Below are positions 12,721 to 26,370 of a stretch of 64,000 nt of DNA, piece after piece. The notes under the pieces were generated by a model. The model was not told the DNA's origin. It did not search any database and was given only the letters and a program-made list of their open reading frames with translations. Each line of letters starts with the position of its first letter. Position 1 is the first letter of the stretch. The translations under genes and the position numbers were made by a program. This DNA comes from Lama glama (taxonomy: Eukaryota), in NCBI GenBank assembly GCA_028534125.1, contig CM052817.1, positions 45,820,001-45,884,000 on the forward strand. Reading direction: 5' to 3'.

Positions 12721-14165
12721 CAGCTGGTGGAAGAGTGCGGGACCGGAGTCAGGCTTCAGAATGGGTGGTTAGATTAAGCAAATTATACAATACTAATAAC
12801 TGCTTCTCTTTTCTGGGAGGGAAAATTAATTGAATGGGAAATTACAATTGGAATTTGTCATGTCAGAAGTATTATATAATTTTTTCTTTATGTTTAAAGC
12901 TGTGTGTGTGTGTGTGTGCATGTGAGCATGCATTTGTTTTCTACTTTCATTGGGAAGTGACTTTTGTGCATTCTGAATTCCCATGCAGACTTACGTGCCT
13001 TAGCTTTAGATACGCCTTATTAATAGGACATTCACAATTCTGTAAGTCCTAAAGATATTTTATAATCTTTGTCCTTATAATTTTCTGTGAGCCCTATTCT
13101 TCTGCACTTAGAACTCTAGATTTAATGAACACAACTTTCTCTCTTCCTCCTCATTTGATGACTCTTCGCCCCGTAGACTTGCTGCCCCAGTGTCGGCCGC
13201 GCAGGTCCCTCCTTTCCTATCTGTAGCTCCGTCTCTGAGTTTCAGACCTCTCTCCTGCCCTGAACAACAAGATCTTGGCTGGTTTTGCTGACCCCCACCT
13301 GTTGTACATGCATTATGTGCTAGAACTCTCATCCCAAGGTGAAGTTTTGATTAACTGACTCCCATATTTAAAAACATTCAGTTCCTTCTAGTTGCAGGTT
13401 ATATTAAGAAAAGAAATCTATGTAGAAAATGTAGGTTTGTTGCTGCTTTAAAATAGTCATTCCTCTTTCCCCAAAATGACTATAGAGAATTATTTGCTTT
13501 GGGTTAAAATGGAAATCAGTGATTAACTCTTCAAAAAAGCTAAAAATTATTTATTGTTTATCTGAAATTGAAATTTGACTCTGTGCCTTGTATTTTTGTC
13601 AAATCTAGCAACTCTATCTTGAAGGCAAGAGCAGGAAACCCTTCAGGAATCCTTAAGAATAACAAAATAGAAAGCAAACATACTAACAACATCAACAACA
13701 ACAAAACCCATACAAATCTAGCACAAAACTCCAGCCCCAGAGGGCCCATGGTTATTTGATTTCTGAATTATCCATCATGGCTTCACGTTCATCCTAATGA
13801 ATTACATACATAGTGAATTTTAATTACTATACATCTGGGTAATATACTGTGGAAATATTAGTGGTGGATTGTCCCCGTGGTCATTTGCCTTCTACAATAA
13901 ATTCTGATTTAGTAATGCCTCCCAGGAATTCCAAGAATAAGGAAAATAAGCAAACATGCCCTTAAGCCATCATGCAGTGTCTTTCACATTAAATCCTTCC
14001 AGAATCTTATGAATGGAACATTCATGTAAATTGTTTCCATTTTGCCCATGGCAGAGGGCCCAAGGGGTCGGAAGGGGAGCATAGATGTCTGGCGTAAGCT
14101 ATCTCCTCAGAGGCTTCATGGACTGTGCAAAGGGTACCTTTTCAAAACATAAAGTAAGTGTGTGC

Positions 14166-14665
14166 NNNNNNNNNNNNNNNNNNNNNNNNNNNNNNNNNNN
14201 NNNNNNNNNNNNNNNNNNNNNNNNNNNNNNNNNNNNNNNNNNNNNNNNNNNNNNNNNNNNNNNNNNNNNNNNNNNNNNNNNNNNNNNNNNNNNNNNNNNN
14301 NNNNNNNNNNNNNNNNNNNNNNNNNNNNNNNNNNNNNNNNNNNNNNNNNNNNNNNNNNNNNNNNNNNNNNNNNNNNNNNNNNNNNNNNNNNNNNNNNNNN
14401 NNNNNNNNNNNNNNNNNNNNNNNNNNNNNNNNNNNNNNNNNNNNNNNNNNNNNNNNNNNNNNNNNNNNNNNNNNNNNNNNNNNNNNNNNNNNNNNNNNNN
14501 NNNNNNNNNNNNNNNNNNNNNNNNNNNNNNNNNNNNNNNNNNNNNNNNNNNNNNNNNNNNNNNNNNNNNNNNNNNNNNNNNNNNNNNNNNNNNNNNNNNN
14601 NNNNNNNNNNNNNNNNNNNNNNNNNNNNNNNNNNNNNNNNNNNNNNNNNNNNNNNNNNNNNNNNN
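14166..14665. other. Assembly gap, 500 N
   Basis: Run of N. Confidence 1.
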
Positions 14666-14750
14666 TGGGTGTATACCCAGAAGTGGGATTGCTGGATCAT
14701 ATGGTAGATCTATTTTTAATTTATTGAGGAATCTCCATATTGTTTTCCAT
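14666..14750 (-). mobile_element. L1 fragment cut by the gap
   Basis: tatacccagaagtgggattgctggatcatatggtagatctatttttaatttattgaggaatctccatattgttttccat. Confidence 0.85.
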
Positions 14751-16339
14751 TAAGTTATGTGGATACTTTCTATTGTAACAACATAATTAGTGATTTTGCT
14801 GAAATGAAGGCAAACAAGGAAAAATAATCTTAAAGAACAGATACCAGTACTTTATAAATTATGTATGTCTTCTTATTACTCAACTGCTCATCACAAGGCC
14901 GCCCAGACTGAGCCACTATCAACAGAACACCTAGACTTACATAATAACAATTAGATTGAGTCATCCTCAGTCAGAAGCAAAGCATAGCTTCACACAACTT
15001 TTTATTTTGCTGTTATGAATGTGTATTTATTAGGATAAGAGGACAGAATATACTCTATTTTTTGTTTTTTCTTTTTTTTTAGCCTGAGTCAAATTTTTAC
15101 AATACTTAGAAGTATGCTATGTGGGCCTCCATTTTCATTCTTGCCCTAGGTCTAGCCATTGTTTGGGGCAGCCTAGCTGGAGCCTGTTCCCATCTCTAGA
15201 GAACCCCTAGCTTCAATCTTTATTTTTCTCCAGATTTGTGTAAGCTCTTCCCTTTCCATGTCCTATTGCTATTAGCACCTTCTGGTTTTCCGACAGGAGG
15301 AAGCCATTCTAAGTCTATGGGTCGACTTCTGCTGCCTCCGGCAGGTGATGCTGGCCCCTTGAGCACTGCTACAGAGTTGCAAGGCTTCATCTCAGAGGGC
15401 TGAGGCCCAGGAAGATTGTGGTGAGGCCACGGTATGAGTGTGTGTGTGCGTGTATCAGATGGAGAGGAGTATGTGGGAATAAAGGAAAATGAAGAGGAAG
15501 AGGTACTTTGAGAGAATAAGTAGAAACAAGGTGTACATGGGTACAAAATGATAGCTGATGGGTATTTGTCTTAAAATTTCAAAAAGAGACAAATGATGGT
15601 GAGCACAGGGTTCTGAGGATAACAGCAAAGAGAACCATTTCTTCATCTGCAGTCCTGGGAAGCTCACTTTGAGAACTGCAGATATTCCGAGCCAGAATTT
15701 CTTTAACTTAAAGGGCAATTATGAACCAATTAACTTTAATGGACAAATCAGAATTGTGCTTACTGTTTTAGCCAAAGCCTAGTCAGATTCATTAAGAAGG
15801 CTTTACACTGCTTTATGAAGCTTTGATTCCACTTGGCACTCTCCTCTGTCTACTTCAGGCTGAGTTTCCCAATGAGGTGAAACTCTCTCAATCAATTGGT
15901 CAAGCCAGCTATGGCCTCATGAGTCCAAATGTCCTTTGATAATAAAAAAAAGCTAACAGGCATGTCTGGGCAATGGCTCAGGGGGTCAGAAATGTATCAA
16001 TAGGAATTAAAGGCAGTTTAAGATGAAAGGAAATCCTTATACCCTCTTCTTGATGGCTGTAGTCCCAATCTGCTTCATAAGCAGAAATAGGGAGAAAAGA
16101 GTTCTGGGGAGTAACAGAATCAAGAGACAAGCTACAAAGCAGGGGTTTGGGGAAGCTTCATTACATTGTTACCCTAGTGGTTGTGATTCCAGTCCAATTA
16201 GAACACCAGTGGACACAAGTCCTAGGTTTGGAGAAAATGTAATAGGATGATTATGCTGCAAACCATAATCAAATCATAATTTGCAGTTCCTGCCTAGGAA
16301 AGGAGATGTGGGCATGCATCGAGATCTCTCCTAGGATGA

Positions 16340-16545
16340 TCTGAAAATCAAACACTTGTATCAGAGTCACCTGGAGGCTTGTCATGTGGTTGATCCCTGC
16401 TCAACTGAGATTTGCTGAAGCAGAAGTTCTGAGATCAGGGCCTGGGGATATGCATTAAACAAAAACAAAACAAAACCAAAACGAAAACAAAAACAAAAAC
16501 ACTTCCTAGGAAGTTCAAATACACAATAAAATTGAGAATTACTGG
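16340..16545. mobile_element. MER5-like DNA transposon fossil with internal (CAAAA)n
   Basis: atcagagtcacctggaggcttg...tgcattaaac...ttgagaattactg. Confidence 0.55.
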
Positions 16546-18859
16546 CTTAGAGGATAGCTAAGAATGTCAATTTTCCTTTATCCATTGTCTTAACTTGTGT
16601 CTTGATTGGTGGGGAATGAAGTCACACTGAAGGATACTAGGGCAAACCCAGAATATCTCTATAAAATGGAAGCTTAATTTCTTAGTATGTCACTGAAGGA
16701 AACAACTGCCACTGTGGAGGGTGGGTTGAATGTCCTTAGTGATGTCATCATACCTAATTTGAATCTGAAGAATTACAAATAACAGGAATTTATTAAGCTC
16801 ATGAGTATAGAAAGGTACTCAACATAACTAAGATATAATGAAGCATGTAGTTACAATGACAATATAAGCTCTGAATCTGTAATGTTTGGATAAGATAACC
16901 ACAGTCATTCTTACCTATTCATTGAGGCTGAGCAATGGTTACATAACAGGATATTAAAATAGAAGCATCAGATAACTGAGTTATGAGAGAGAGCATTGAT
17001 TTGAATTTGAAAAATGTAGGTGGCCAAGACTTAGTTGCTTTATAACAATAGAGGCTTTGAGGAGGAAGAGGACTTTTGGGAGAGGACCATTTGTGTACTG
17101 AGTTCTATCTCCTTTTGAAGGGGGAGGATGGGTGAGGCTTCCCCCTGGACCTCAACTCAAAAAGGAGGTGTTTGTTCTAAGGGGACAACTGAAAATTCAT
17201 TGAGATCATTGAGTTGCCTGCAGCTTGAGAGGCTCATAGTGACTGCGTGGGAATCCTGCCTGAAGAAAGAAAGTGGAAAAGTCTAGTTGCTGATGGATGA
17301 GCTGATGGATCAGTGTCCTGGGTTTGGCTTGTACCCCCAGGGTGGCTATGAAAGGATGCCTGTTTCCCTTTTGCTGATGTGGACTGCACACAGTGGGTTC
17401 TGCACACAGTGGGAATGCTGGCCTAGAGTTGTCTTCGTTTCAGAAGACCCTCTGGATGGCCAAACAAGCCTCAGAAAAGAGAAGCTGAGGATATGGTCAA
17501 GTCCCTAGGGTTGAGGCCACAAGGTGGAATAGGGAGGAACCCAGGAGAATCAAGAGAACTTCAGGGAGAACAAGCCTAGTGATGGAAGTTTCCTGAACAG
17601 TAAGTAAATATGCCCAGCAAAGGAAAAGCAGGCTCTAATCATCTGCTGGGCTCTGAAAGTTCTAGATGAGCTTATGACAGGGCCTGTGTCAAATGAAAGC
17701 TTTCCTGTTTTCCTTCCCTTTTTCTCCCTCTCACTCTCCCACACCCCTGTCTCTTAGCTCAGAAGCATTAGGGACAGCAGCTGCTGATGAGGGAGAATGT
17801 GAGAGAGAAGGGGAGAAGCCCATCACCCCTCCCTTCCCAGCTTCAACCTTGCTGCTGGCTGCAGAACCTGGCTGGAGGAGAAGGGCGACGTCTCACCTTT
17901 GAGTGAGGACCAGACGTCTTGATTGTGAATTGAGACTTAACAACTTTAATCAGATTTCGAAATATTTAAAGATATTTAAAAAAAAGAATTTTCTAAGTTT
18001 TCATCCAGAAATAAGGAAACCACAACAACAAAATAAGAACTGTAGGAAACAAAACATAAAGTCTCTTTGTAATTGCATCCTGCGAGATGTTTCTGATCTT
18101 TGTAACAGTTAGTGTAGCTCTAGAAGTGGTGTGCCTCAGGTGTGATTTGAGCATGGAACTTGGGGGTTTCATCAACAAGCATTCAAAAATGAGTAAACCT
18201 GATCCTCTTTCCTTCCAAATTTATATTCTATATGAGCATAGATTCTCTCTGCCCAAAGAGTCCAAGTTCCCTGGGTAAATCTCAGGCCCCTAGTGGAGAC
18301 CAGACCCTTCTAGTGAGCTCACAAGTTGTCTGGTGCCTCTGGCCAGGGTATGGCCAGACCTGGAGAGCCTGCCTTAGATAGAAGGCTCTCCTCCCATCTT
18401 TCCCTGAACCTGGATTTATAGAGTCTGACCATTCTTGAATCCCCAGGCAGGAGGTGAGTTTGCCTTATGACACTTAGCAATCAGTGATGCTGCCAGAGAG
18501 ATCACACAACCACAGAAGGGTGAGCCTCCTTCCTGCTGCTGCCAAGTGCTGTCTTTTCAGAGGTCTTTTTTTGCTTCTGGCTGGGCAAACACCCACCATG
18601 TGAAATCTTCCCCAGGCCTTACCGTCGATAACATGCCCACCTCCTGTCCTGTACTTCTTCTGTACCTTACTGTCACCTTCTCTTTATAGCGCCAAGGGTA
18701 CCACTTTACTATTACATCTTTACGTGGCTCTCTGCTCCACTGAAACCGTGAGGTCTTAGGAGGCTTTTTGTATGTCCAGCACAGCACATGGTACACAGAG
18801 AGTACTCAGTGTACACCAAAAAGTAGGGTTACTTGGTCTGATTTAAATGCTTTAGGGTA

Positions 18860-19300
18860 TGTGTCTGGGGTCAAACCAAGGCTTGGCCCTTTATCAACTA
18901 GATAAACAAATTACTTAACCTCTCTGTGTTTCATTTTTCTCACCTGCAAAATAGAGAACAGTAAGTCTCTGCCTTTATAGGGTTATGTGACTTAATATGT
19001 GAATGAGTCAAGTCCATGAATCAATCCATGAAAATGTGTGGCTGGCACATAGTAGAAATTCAATACATTTCAGCAACTATTCTTCTTTTCTTTAGTTTTA
19101 TTTTTTATTGAAGTGTAGTTGATTTACAATGTTAGTTTCAGGTGTACAGCAAAGCAAAGTTATACATACACATACATATGCATATGCATATTTTCTTTAC
19201 AGATCTTTTCCATTACATGTTATTACAAGAAATTGAATATGGTCCTTGTGCTCTACAGTAGGTCTTTGTTGATCTGTTTTATATACAATAGTGTATCTGT
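18860..19300. mobile_element. MIR (about 18860-19080, +) with adjacent L1 3' tail (about 19085-19300, -)
   Basis: aattacttaacctctctgtgtttcatttttctcacctgcaaaatag (MIR); ttttattgaagtgtagttgatttacaatgttagtttcaggtgtacagcaaag (L1 tail). Confidence 0.8.
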
Positions 19301-20122
19301 TAATATTATTATTCCTGTTATTGTTACTATCATTCTATTCATCATACTTTACAGCGATCTTTGATTTTCTTTTCTGTTCTTTAATTGTGCTAAGCATTCT
19401 GAGAGCAGAGACTAGTCTTATTTAATCTGATATGCCTGGTGGCGTGCCATGTACCTGACACAGAGTGGGTGCATTTCTCCTGATTATTGAGTGAATTAAT
19501 TGAATAGATGTGACCGCAAAGGAGATTCTTTGGGAAGAGAGGGCAAGAAATTCTCTGGTCAATTAGTGCTGCAGACGTGCATTTTGCTGGAAAAGTTGAA
19601 GTGGAAGAAATGGAGCTGAGCCCAGGTTGTGTCGTAATATTCCCAGCGAGATGACCTGAGGGCACACTTGGTACATGTGGAGAGAACATTCAGCAGTAGC
19701 ACTGTGGGCTCTTTTTATTCCTTGTCTCTTGGCCTGTAATTTGAAGTTTAACTGACCTTCATGCACAAAAATCCTAGTAATGAATTCAATTCATTTTTGA
19801 ACAGAAGGTGCTAAAAGTAATACTGTGCATCAGGAAAGTGGAAGAATTAATGAAGTAATTAACCTTAGTCAGCATGTTATATGACCCTGGCCCAAGGAAC
19901 AGATAACAAAACAAGGAAAAATGCCTGGACTGAGAAAAGAGTTTATGATCAATGGGAAAAGGGGAGGATATTTGAAAGTCATGCTTAAGGGGCAGTGATA
20001 GAAAAAATCTTTATGAGACGCGTACTCTGGGACTGTCCCCATAGAAAGGATGTGGGTTGAAATTTGGGCTAATGACAAGCAGGGCATTGCAAGGGCAATT
20101 TTGGTGGAGAAAAAAGCAGCAG

Positions 20123-20124
20123 TT

Positions 20125-20196
<72 letters not shown>

Positions 20197-20335
20197 TCCT
20201 TTTCTCTTTCTTTCCTTTTCTCTTTCTTTCTTTCTCTCTTTCTTTCTTTCTCTCTTTCTTTCGTTCTCTCTTTCTTTCTTCCGTCTTCTCCTCTTCCTCC
20301 TCCTCCTTTCTTTCTCTCTCCTTTTCTCTGTCTCT
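20123..20335. repeat. (TTTC)n microsatellite with CT-rich extension
   Basis: Directly visible tetranucleotide array. Confidence 0.97.
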
Positions 20336-20869
20336 GGCTTCTCTACTTGTTCCTGTCTCAACATTTTATCTAGCTTACATTATTGGAAACTCCTTGGAGT
20401 AATCTTTGCACTAGTTGTTGCCCTTCCTCTAGCCCCCACACTTCAAAAGAGACTCCCTTGGAGTTAATGTAATTCAGGAAAGACCCAGAGATCCAGGTGG
20501 TCCAGATATGACCCTCCCTTGATGGCTATGCCTCCACCAACAGTTGTGAAGACCAGAGGTATGCATGCCCCAGACCTCTGTGTGCTACTGGTTAGAAAAC
20601 TGTCCTTTCTCCACATTCAGCACTCTCTGCTTCACCTCCATTATCTTCCCTGAAGGCATCAGCATGTGTCTTGAGTTTGTTTGAATGACACGGGCAGAAT
20701 CTTTGACCTGGAGGAACTTCACTTTCTAACCTAACCACTGCTAATCTTGCCACTGCTATTAGAACCAGAACTGGCAGAACCCACTGTATATCTTTCACTC
20801 ATTCTTATGAATATACACCACTATATATTGAGTGTCGGTGACCCACATGACCCAGTTTGCACTCTGCAA

Positions 20870-22330
20870 AATGCTGGGAGTCTGAGTAGGGTCCCTGCCC
20901 TCATGTACCCTAAGATGTGGTCAAGGAGAACAGAGGTGGAAAAAAGGAGGCCAAAACGGTGACTTTCCTTCTGAGCTACAAGTCTCTTCAGGTTACACTA
21001 GGGCCATAAAGGAGAGACACATATATTCCACTAGGAACTGGAAAGTCAAGAAGAGCTTCCCAGTCGAGGTAATACCCTGAAAGGTGAGCAGTATCTGCCA
21101 GGCAGATAAGCGATCACAGGCTTTCAGGTCAGCAGAAGATGTTCAGCTTATGGTCAGGAAGCTGCCAGTAGTTCAGATAGTCCAGCAGGACTGTAGTAGG
21201 GGGACTGTGAGGTGGCAATGGTCAGAGAGCAGGGTTGAAGGAACCAGAAGAGGCTGGATTATCAGAGCCTTTATATGCTGGCTGAGGGGTCTGAACTGAC
21301 CCCTGGCCATGGGGAAGTATTGGAAGGTATTCAGCAGGGTGGCAACACATTTATTCATTTGTTCATTCAGTGTTTCATAGAATAAAAAGTTTTCAAACAT
21401 GTTTCTTGCTGGGCGCTCTTCCAGGCATTAGAGCCACATCAATATACTAACAGTTAAAAATCTCTGCTCCTATGGAGTTTACTGTCTACTGGCAGGAAAA
21501 ATATATATTATCAATTAGTTAATTATATAGTGTGTTAATAGGCCGTATGTGCCAAACAAAAACACAGCACAGGTTAAGGGGGATCAGTGGCACTTGGGAG
21601 AGAGGAAGAGTTGCAGTTTGAAAGAAGGTGATCAGAGATTTGAAGGAGCCACTGGAGTGAATGATGCAGCGTGTTGGAAGAAAGGAGATGCCACAGGCAG
21701 AAGGAAGTTCTGGTCCAAAGGTCTGAAGGTGGGAGCAGGCTTGGCAAATGTGAAGAATCTTGAAGAGCCCTGAGGGCCTGGAGTTAAGTCAGGTAGGAGG
21801 AGCACAGGTGGCAACGAGGTCAGGGAAGTAATAGAAAGGGCGTCATGGGCTGTGCAGGGGCTTATAGATCCTATAAGGACTTTGGTTTAGTGAAATGAAG
21901 AGCCATTAGGAAGAGAAAGAGAGAGACAGAGGGAAGTAAAGGAATAATAGATCTAATATATCATTTTAAAATTCAAAAGGATCATTCAGCTACCGAGCCA
22001 AACAGACTGTCCAGAACAAAAGCACACAGGCCAGTAAGCAGGCTCTTGTGCTAACTGAGGCAAGAGATAATGGTGGTTTGGACCAGAATGGTAGCAGTGG
22101 AAGAGATGGGAAGTGGTAGATTCTGGATATATTCAGATTTTTATTGTGGAATTATCAGTATTGAGTTGTAGGGGGTAATATTTTACATGAGGGAACATTT
22201 ATTGAGTGATTACTAGGCACCAGATACTATTCTGAATACTTTTTATGTACTCATCCATTTAGTTTCCCCAATAACCCAAAGAAAGAAGAATCATTGTTAT
22301 TCTCCACTTTATATATGAGAGAATTAAAGC
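20870..22330 (-). mobile_element. Degenerate L2 fragments followed by a MIR
   Basis: atttattcatttgttcattca...ctgctcctatggagtttactgtctactgg...gaggcaagagataatggtggtttggaccag...gattctggatatatt (L2); aacatttattgagtgattactaggcaccagatact (MIR). Confidence 0.7.
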
Positions 22331-23954
22331 AGAGAAATAATATTGGAGTTGGGAAAATCAGAAGCTTATTCCATGCACAAAATGATAAGGGTCCAAGTTA
22401 ATGCAACAGCATTGGAAATGAAGCCGGAAACCGGACTGTGAAGTGATAGGGAAGAGAAGATAATATTTTCCATCTGTAGCTATTTTATTTCCTTCTTTCT
22501 GAGTAGGGCATTGCATAAGTGGCCATTAAGGTGGTGCAGACAGCTTGAATCTCATCTCTGGGCAGAAATGCCTTTGCAGACATTTTCTCTGTAAAGCTAT
22601 GAGAGACATTTATTGTCTGCAGAGCTATCATTTTGATTTATGGGGAAAATATTTTAGATGATTATAAAGGAGATAGTTGTACTGCAGTGTACATATATCC
22701 TTAAACTGAGAGAGATGGTGGAAATACACAAAATTGAGAGGGTTGAGGGAAGGTTTTTATAATAAATGTTTTAATTTTTTTTACCACACCATCTTCTGCT
22801 AAGTAGATTTCTAAAGGAGAGGCATAATTTCTATCTTATCTGTAGGATGACAGGCAATGACAATTTGCAAGTCTGGAATGACTTGAAGTGGGTTTTATTA
22901 ATGAAGTTGTCAGCACAAGGGAGACAGAAGGATATAGTGTACTAGCTTATGTATTGGATTCAGTCGTAGAAGACCTTGATTCTAGCTCTAATGCCGAGAC
23001 TCGTGTTATAGAACTCCTTTATGCTGTGTTTATAAAACAAAGGCGATAAGAGACAGCAATGGTAAGGGATGCTTCCAGGCTTTATGAGGAAGAAGAAAGT
23101 ACAAATGAAAGCTACATCATGAAAAATTAAACTTTCAAATTATGAACACTTGGAGGGAGAGAGTTAAGGATATTTACTCACTCGAGGGGATTTTTCTGTT
23201 GAATTTACCATTTTGACAGTTTGCCCAAAGAAAGGAATATAGCAGTTAGAAGTTATTAAGATTTACAAACGTCATTTGTCATCACAGCTGGAACTCTCAA
23301 GAACAGCTCTGCAGTCTAGACTACATTGCAAATCTGACCCTTCATCTTCTTGGGGCATCAACTCTAGTTAAAAAGAGCCCTTCCTTTAGATGTCTTTGTT
23401 CATGGGAATATTTATTCTGTTTAGTGCAAGCTTATGTTCATACCCCTAAGTTAAATCTCCGTTTCGTGCCCTCAGGAATACATTAAAGAGTGTGATCCAC
23501 ATAGCTGAGAGATAGTGATTTGACCAGTGTCAAGATTTAACCTTGTGCACGTCACATTTAAATGGTTTGATAATTGACGTAATCTTGTACTTGCTGATAG
23601 GTTAAGAATGCAGAAATCTTTAAATTGTATCATTTGTGAGACCAATCGACCCCGATTTGCAATAAATATATTTTAGTGCTTAATTTTTATTTCTGTGGGA
23701 GCCAGTGGGCATGTAAATATTATGGACCATAAACCAATAGTACCAGTTTTAAATTAAATTTTAACTTAAGTTGCAATTTGAAGATAGTCTAGAATATGGG
23801 AGACCTCTTAGCCATTTGTATGCTAATTGGTTTTTAAAAATTATTTTCTAAATGTCTAGTTTCATGGCATATTTAAGCAGAAATAGTTTCTTAGTGACCA
23901 TGTGGTCACTTTAAAACAGTGTTGGAGGAAGAAAACTTGAATATTGTATTAGCA

Positions 23955-24400
23955 TTTTATGGCTGAAAAAGGCTGTTTAAAGTCATCTAGCCTTGGAATC
24001 TCAGAACCTCCAGGTTAAGAATGAAACGAAATTATTTGAATTGCCTTTATAATACACAGCATGTGCATTTCCAGTGCCAGGGAAATCATTATGTCCCAAG
24101 GGAATCTATTCTCTCATTAGAACTTTATACAGATCTTTATATTGAATCCAAATTCATCTGCCTCGAACCCTTAGGTCCTTGTTGCAACCACTGGGACTGA
24201 GTAATTTGAATAGAATTCATTTTCCATGTGACAACACTTCAAATATTTGAAGACATCTATCATACAAGCCACCTTCCTTCCCTCCCTTCCTCTTTGCATT
24301 TGTCCTCTCTGCTTAAGGCTAAACAACCCAGAAAGAACTGTTATTTGTGAAACAGAGGCAAGAACCCTCACCAATCTGGTTAAATTTAGCAAACTATCAT
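23955..24400 (-). mobile_element. L3/CR1 fragment
   Basis: Minus-strand translation GLFSLKQR...MIDVFKYLKCCH resembles the CR1 ORF2 C-terminus (GLFSLEKRRLRGD.I.VFKYLKGC). Confidence 0.7.
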
Positions 24401-24599
24401 TTATGAGATACACATTCTTCCCTTTTGGGATGACTAAAAATAGATTTCCTTATCTGCAGTCTTTGGAAACTAATTTCACATAGATTACTAACAGCTCTTC
24501 CTCCTCCCCAGTGTTTTGGAATATAACTCATATGAATCGAAACACTTGATTTCATCAAAGGATTTGGAGACACTCTCAAAATTTCTACACTCATCTTGG

Positions 24600-25334
24600 A
24601 GTTTCTATTTTTAAATTTTAACTTCTTAGGTCAAGAACACAACACGAGCTCTACCCTCGTAACAAAATTTTTAGTGTACGTGATGTTATTGTTGACTATG
24701 GGTACAATGGAAGGCGAATCTCTAGGGTGTATTCATCCTGCTGAACGGAAATTTTCTGCCGGTTGATCAGTACCTCCTCCTTTCTCCCTCTGCCTAGCCC
24801 CTGGCAACCACCACTCCTTTCTTTGATTCCAAGAATTTGCCTATTTTGGATATCTCATATAAATGGAATCATGCAATATTTTTTCTTTCTGGGACTGGCT
24901 TATTTCACTTAGTATAATGTCCTCAAGGTTTGTCCATGTGGTTGCATTTTGCAGAGCTTACCTGTCAGATGGCTATTATATATATATATATAAGAAAAAA
25001 AAGACAGCAAGTGACAAGAGGAGAAATTGGGACCCTTGCACACTGTTGATGGGAATGTAAAATGGTGCAGCTACTATGGGAAATGGCAAAAAGTTTCCTC
25101 AGAATATTAAAAATAGAACTACCATATGAACCAGCAGTCCTACATCTGGATATTCATTCCAAAGAACTGAAATCAGGGATCTTGAAGAGATATTAACACT
25201 CCTATCTATGGTCACTGAATAACAATAGGATGTAGAAACAATCTAAATGTCCATAGACCAATGGATGGATAAAGACAATGTACTATGTACATACAATGAA
25301 ATACTGTTCAGCTTGAAAAAATAAGGAAATTCTT
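24600..25334 (-). mobile_element. L1 insertion with inverted 5' segment
   Basis: 24600-24955 is antisense L1 3' end and 24960-25334 is sense L1 sequence from just upstream of it; direct repeat cactcatcttgg at 24588-24599 and 25335-25346. Confidence 0.85.
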
Positions 25335-26149
25335 CACTCATCTTGGGTTTTGATACCTCTTCAGATGTTCTTTTTATTCCCTTTTGTTATGCTTGGCAGA
25401 AAAGAAATCAAATCACAATAAAAGTGAAAAAAGTTTACATGTGTATGTGTATGTGTGTGCTTAAGAGAGATTCAAGTGTGTTGCACCATTGGCACAGAGT
25501 GATTGGTCATGCTCCTCTTTGATATTTTCATTATGAACATAAATGAAGTTCTGTGATCATGTTCTGAGAGTCATTTTCACATTTCTCAGCCTCTTCAGAG
25601 GCTGTTCTCACAGGTCTGTGATAGTCACCCTTGGCTGCATTCCAATATGTGACTTCCCCTCCAAATTTTATAAAATGTTTAACTGAAATTATCAATAATT
25701 ACATAATTGGGTGTGTTTTTTAGAGCTTTCACCCTTTTTAGCTTCCCAAGCCCTACTAATATGCCTGTTTTTCTCTGAGATGCTTTTGAAAGCTTGTCTT
25801 CTTTCAATTGATGCTACATAGTTGATTCCAGTCTTCCCCTCTGTGGCCATAACTAATTCTAGGGTCACACCATTATTTTTCTCTTCTGTTTTATTTTGCT
25901 TAACCCGATATCACCTCGTGAGTTAGAATTACATCCAGCGCAGCAATTCCTCCGTCTCTTCCTCTATATTTTGAAGAGATGCAACTTTTCAGGAAGTCAA
26001 GTGAAGAACTCATTAGATACACTGTTGTTCTCAAATAAGACTTTCAGCAGGTGTCTAGAGGATTGGCCTCACTCACTGCTACTATTTGAGCCACTTGAAG
26101 TCACAGGGAATGATTTCCCACTAAGTCACTGGATTTGAAGAGTGTGTCC

Positions 26150-26370
26150 AGGATTCAGAACTTGAGCATATGCAGCATAGCTCTGCCGACCATCAGCTAC
26201 GTGGCTTTGGGCAACTTATTTAATTTCTGTGTTTTACTTCCCTCATTGTGAAATGAGAATAACAATAATACATAATTCACAATGTATTTGGTGAGCATTT
26301 AAAATATTAGTGTACATAAAGTGCTTAGAATGGTGCCTGTTAGACCCATAAGCATCAATAAGTGTTCATT
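26150..26370 (+). mobile_element. MIR
   Basis: gctttgggcaacttatttaatttctgtg..ttccctcattgtgaaatgagaataacaata...aaagtgcttagaatggtgcctg. Confidence 0.75.

Noticed and set aside
13140..13330. Small CpG-containing patch and 74-aa minus-strand ORF as a possible pseudogene or exon
   Set aside because: No recognisable homology, poly-A, TSD or convincing splice pair; a BLAST search would be needed.
14085..14753. Long ORFs with X runs (also 54038-54862)
   Set aside because: Artefacts of translating N gaps.
20011..20467. K/E/R-rich and F/L/S-rich ORFs
   Set aside because: Both strands of the (TTTC)n array.
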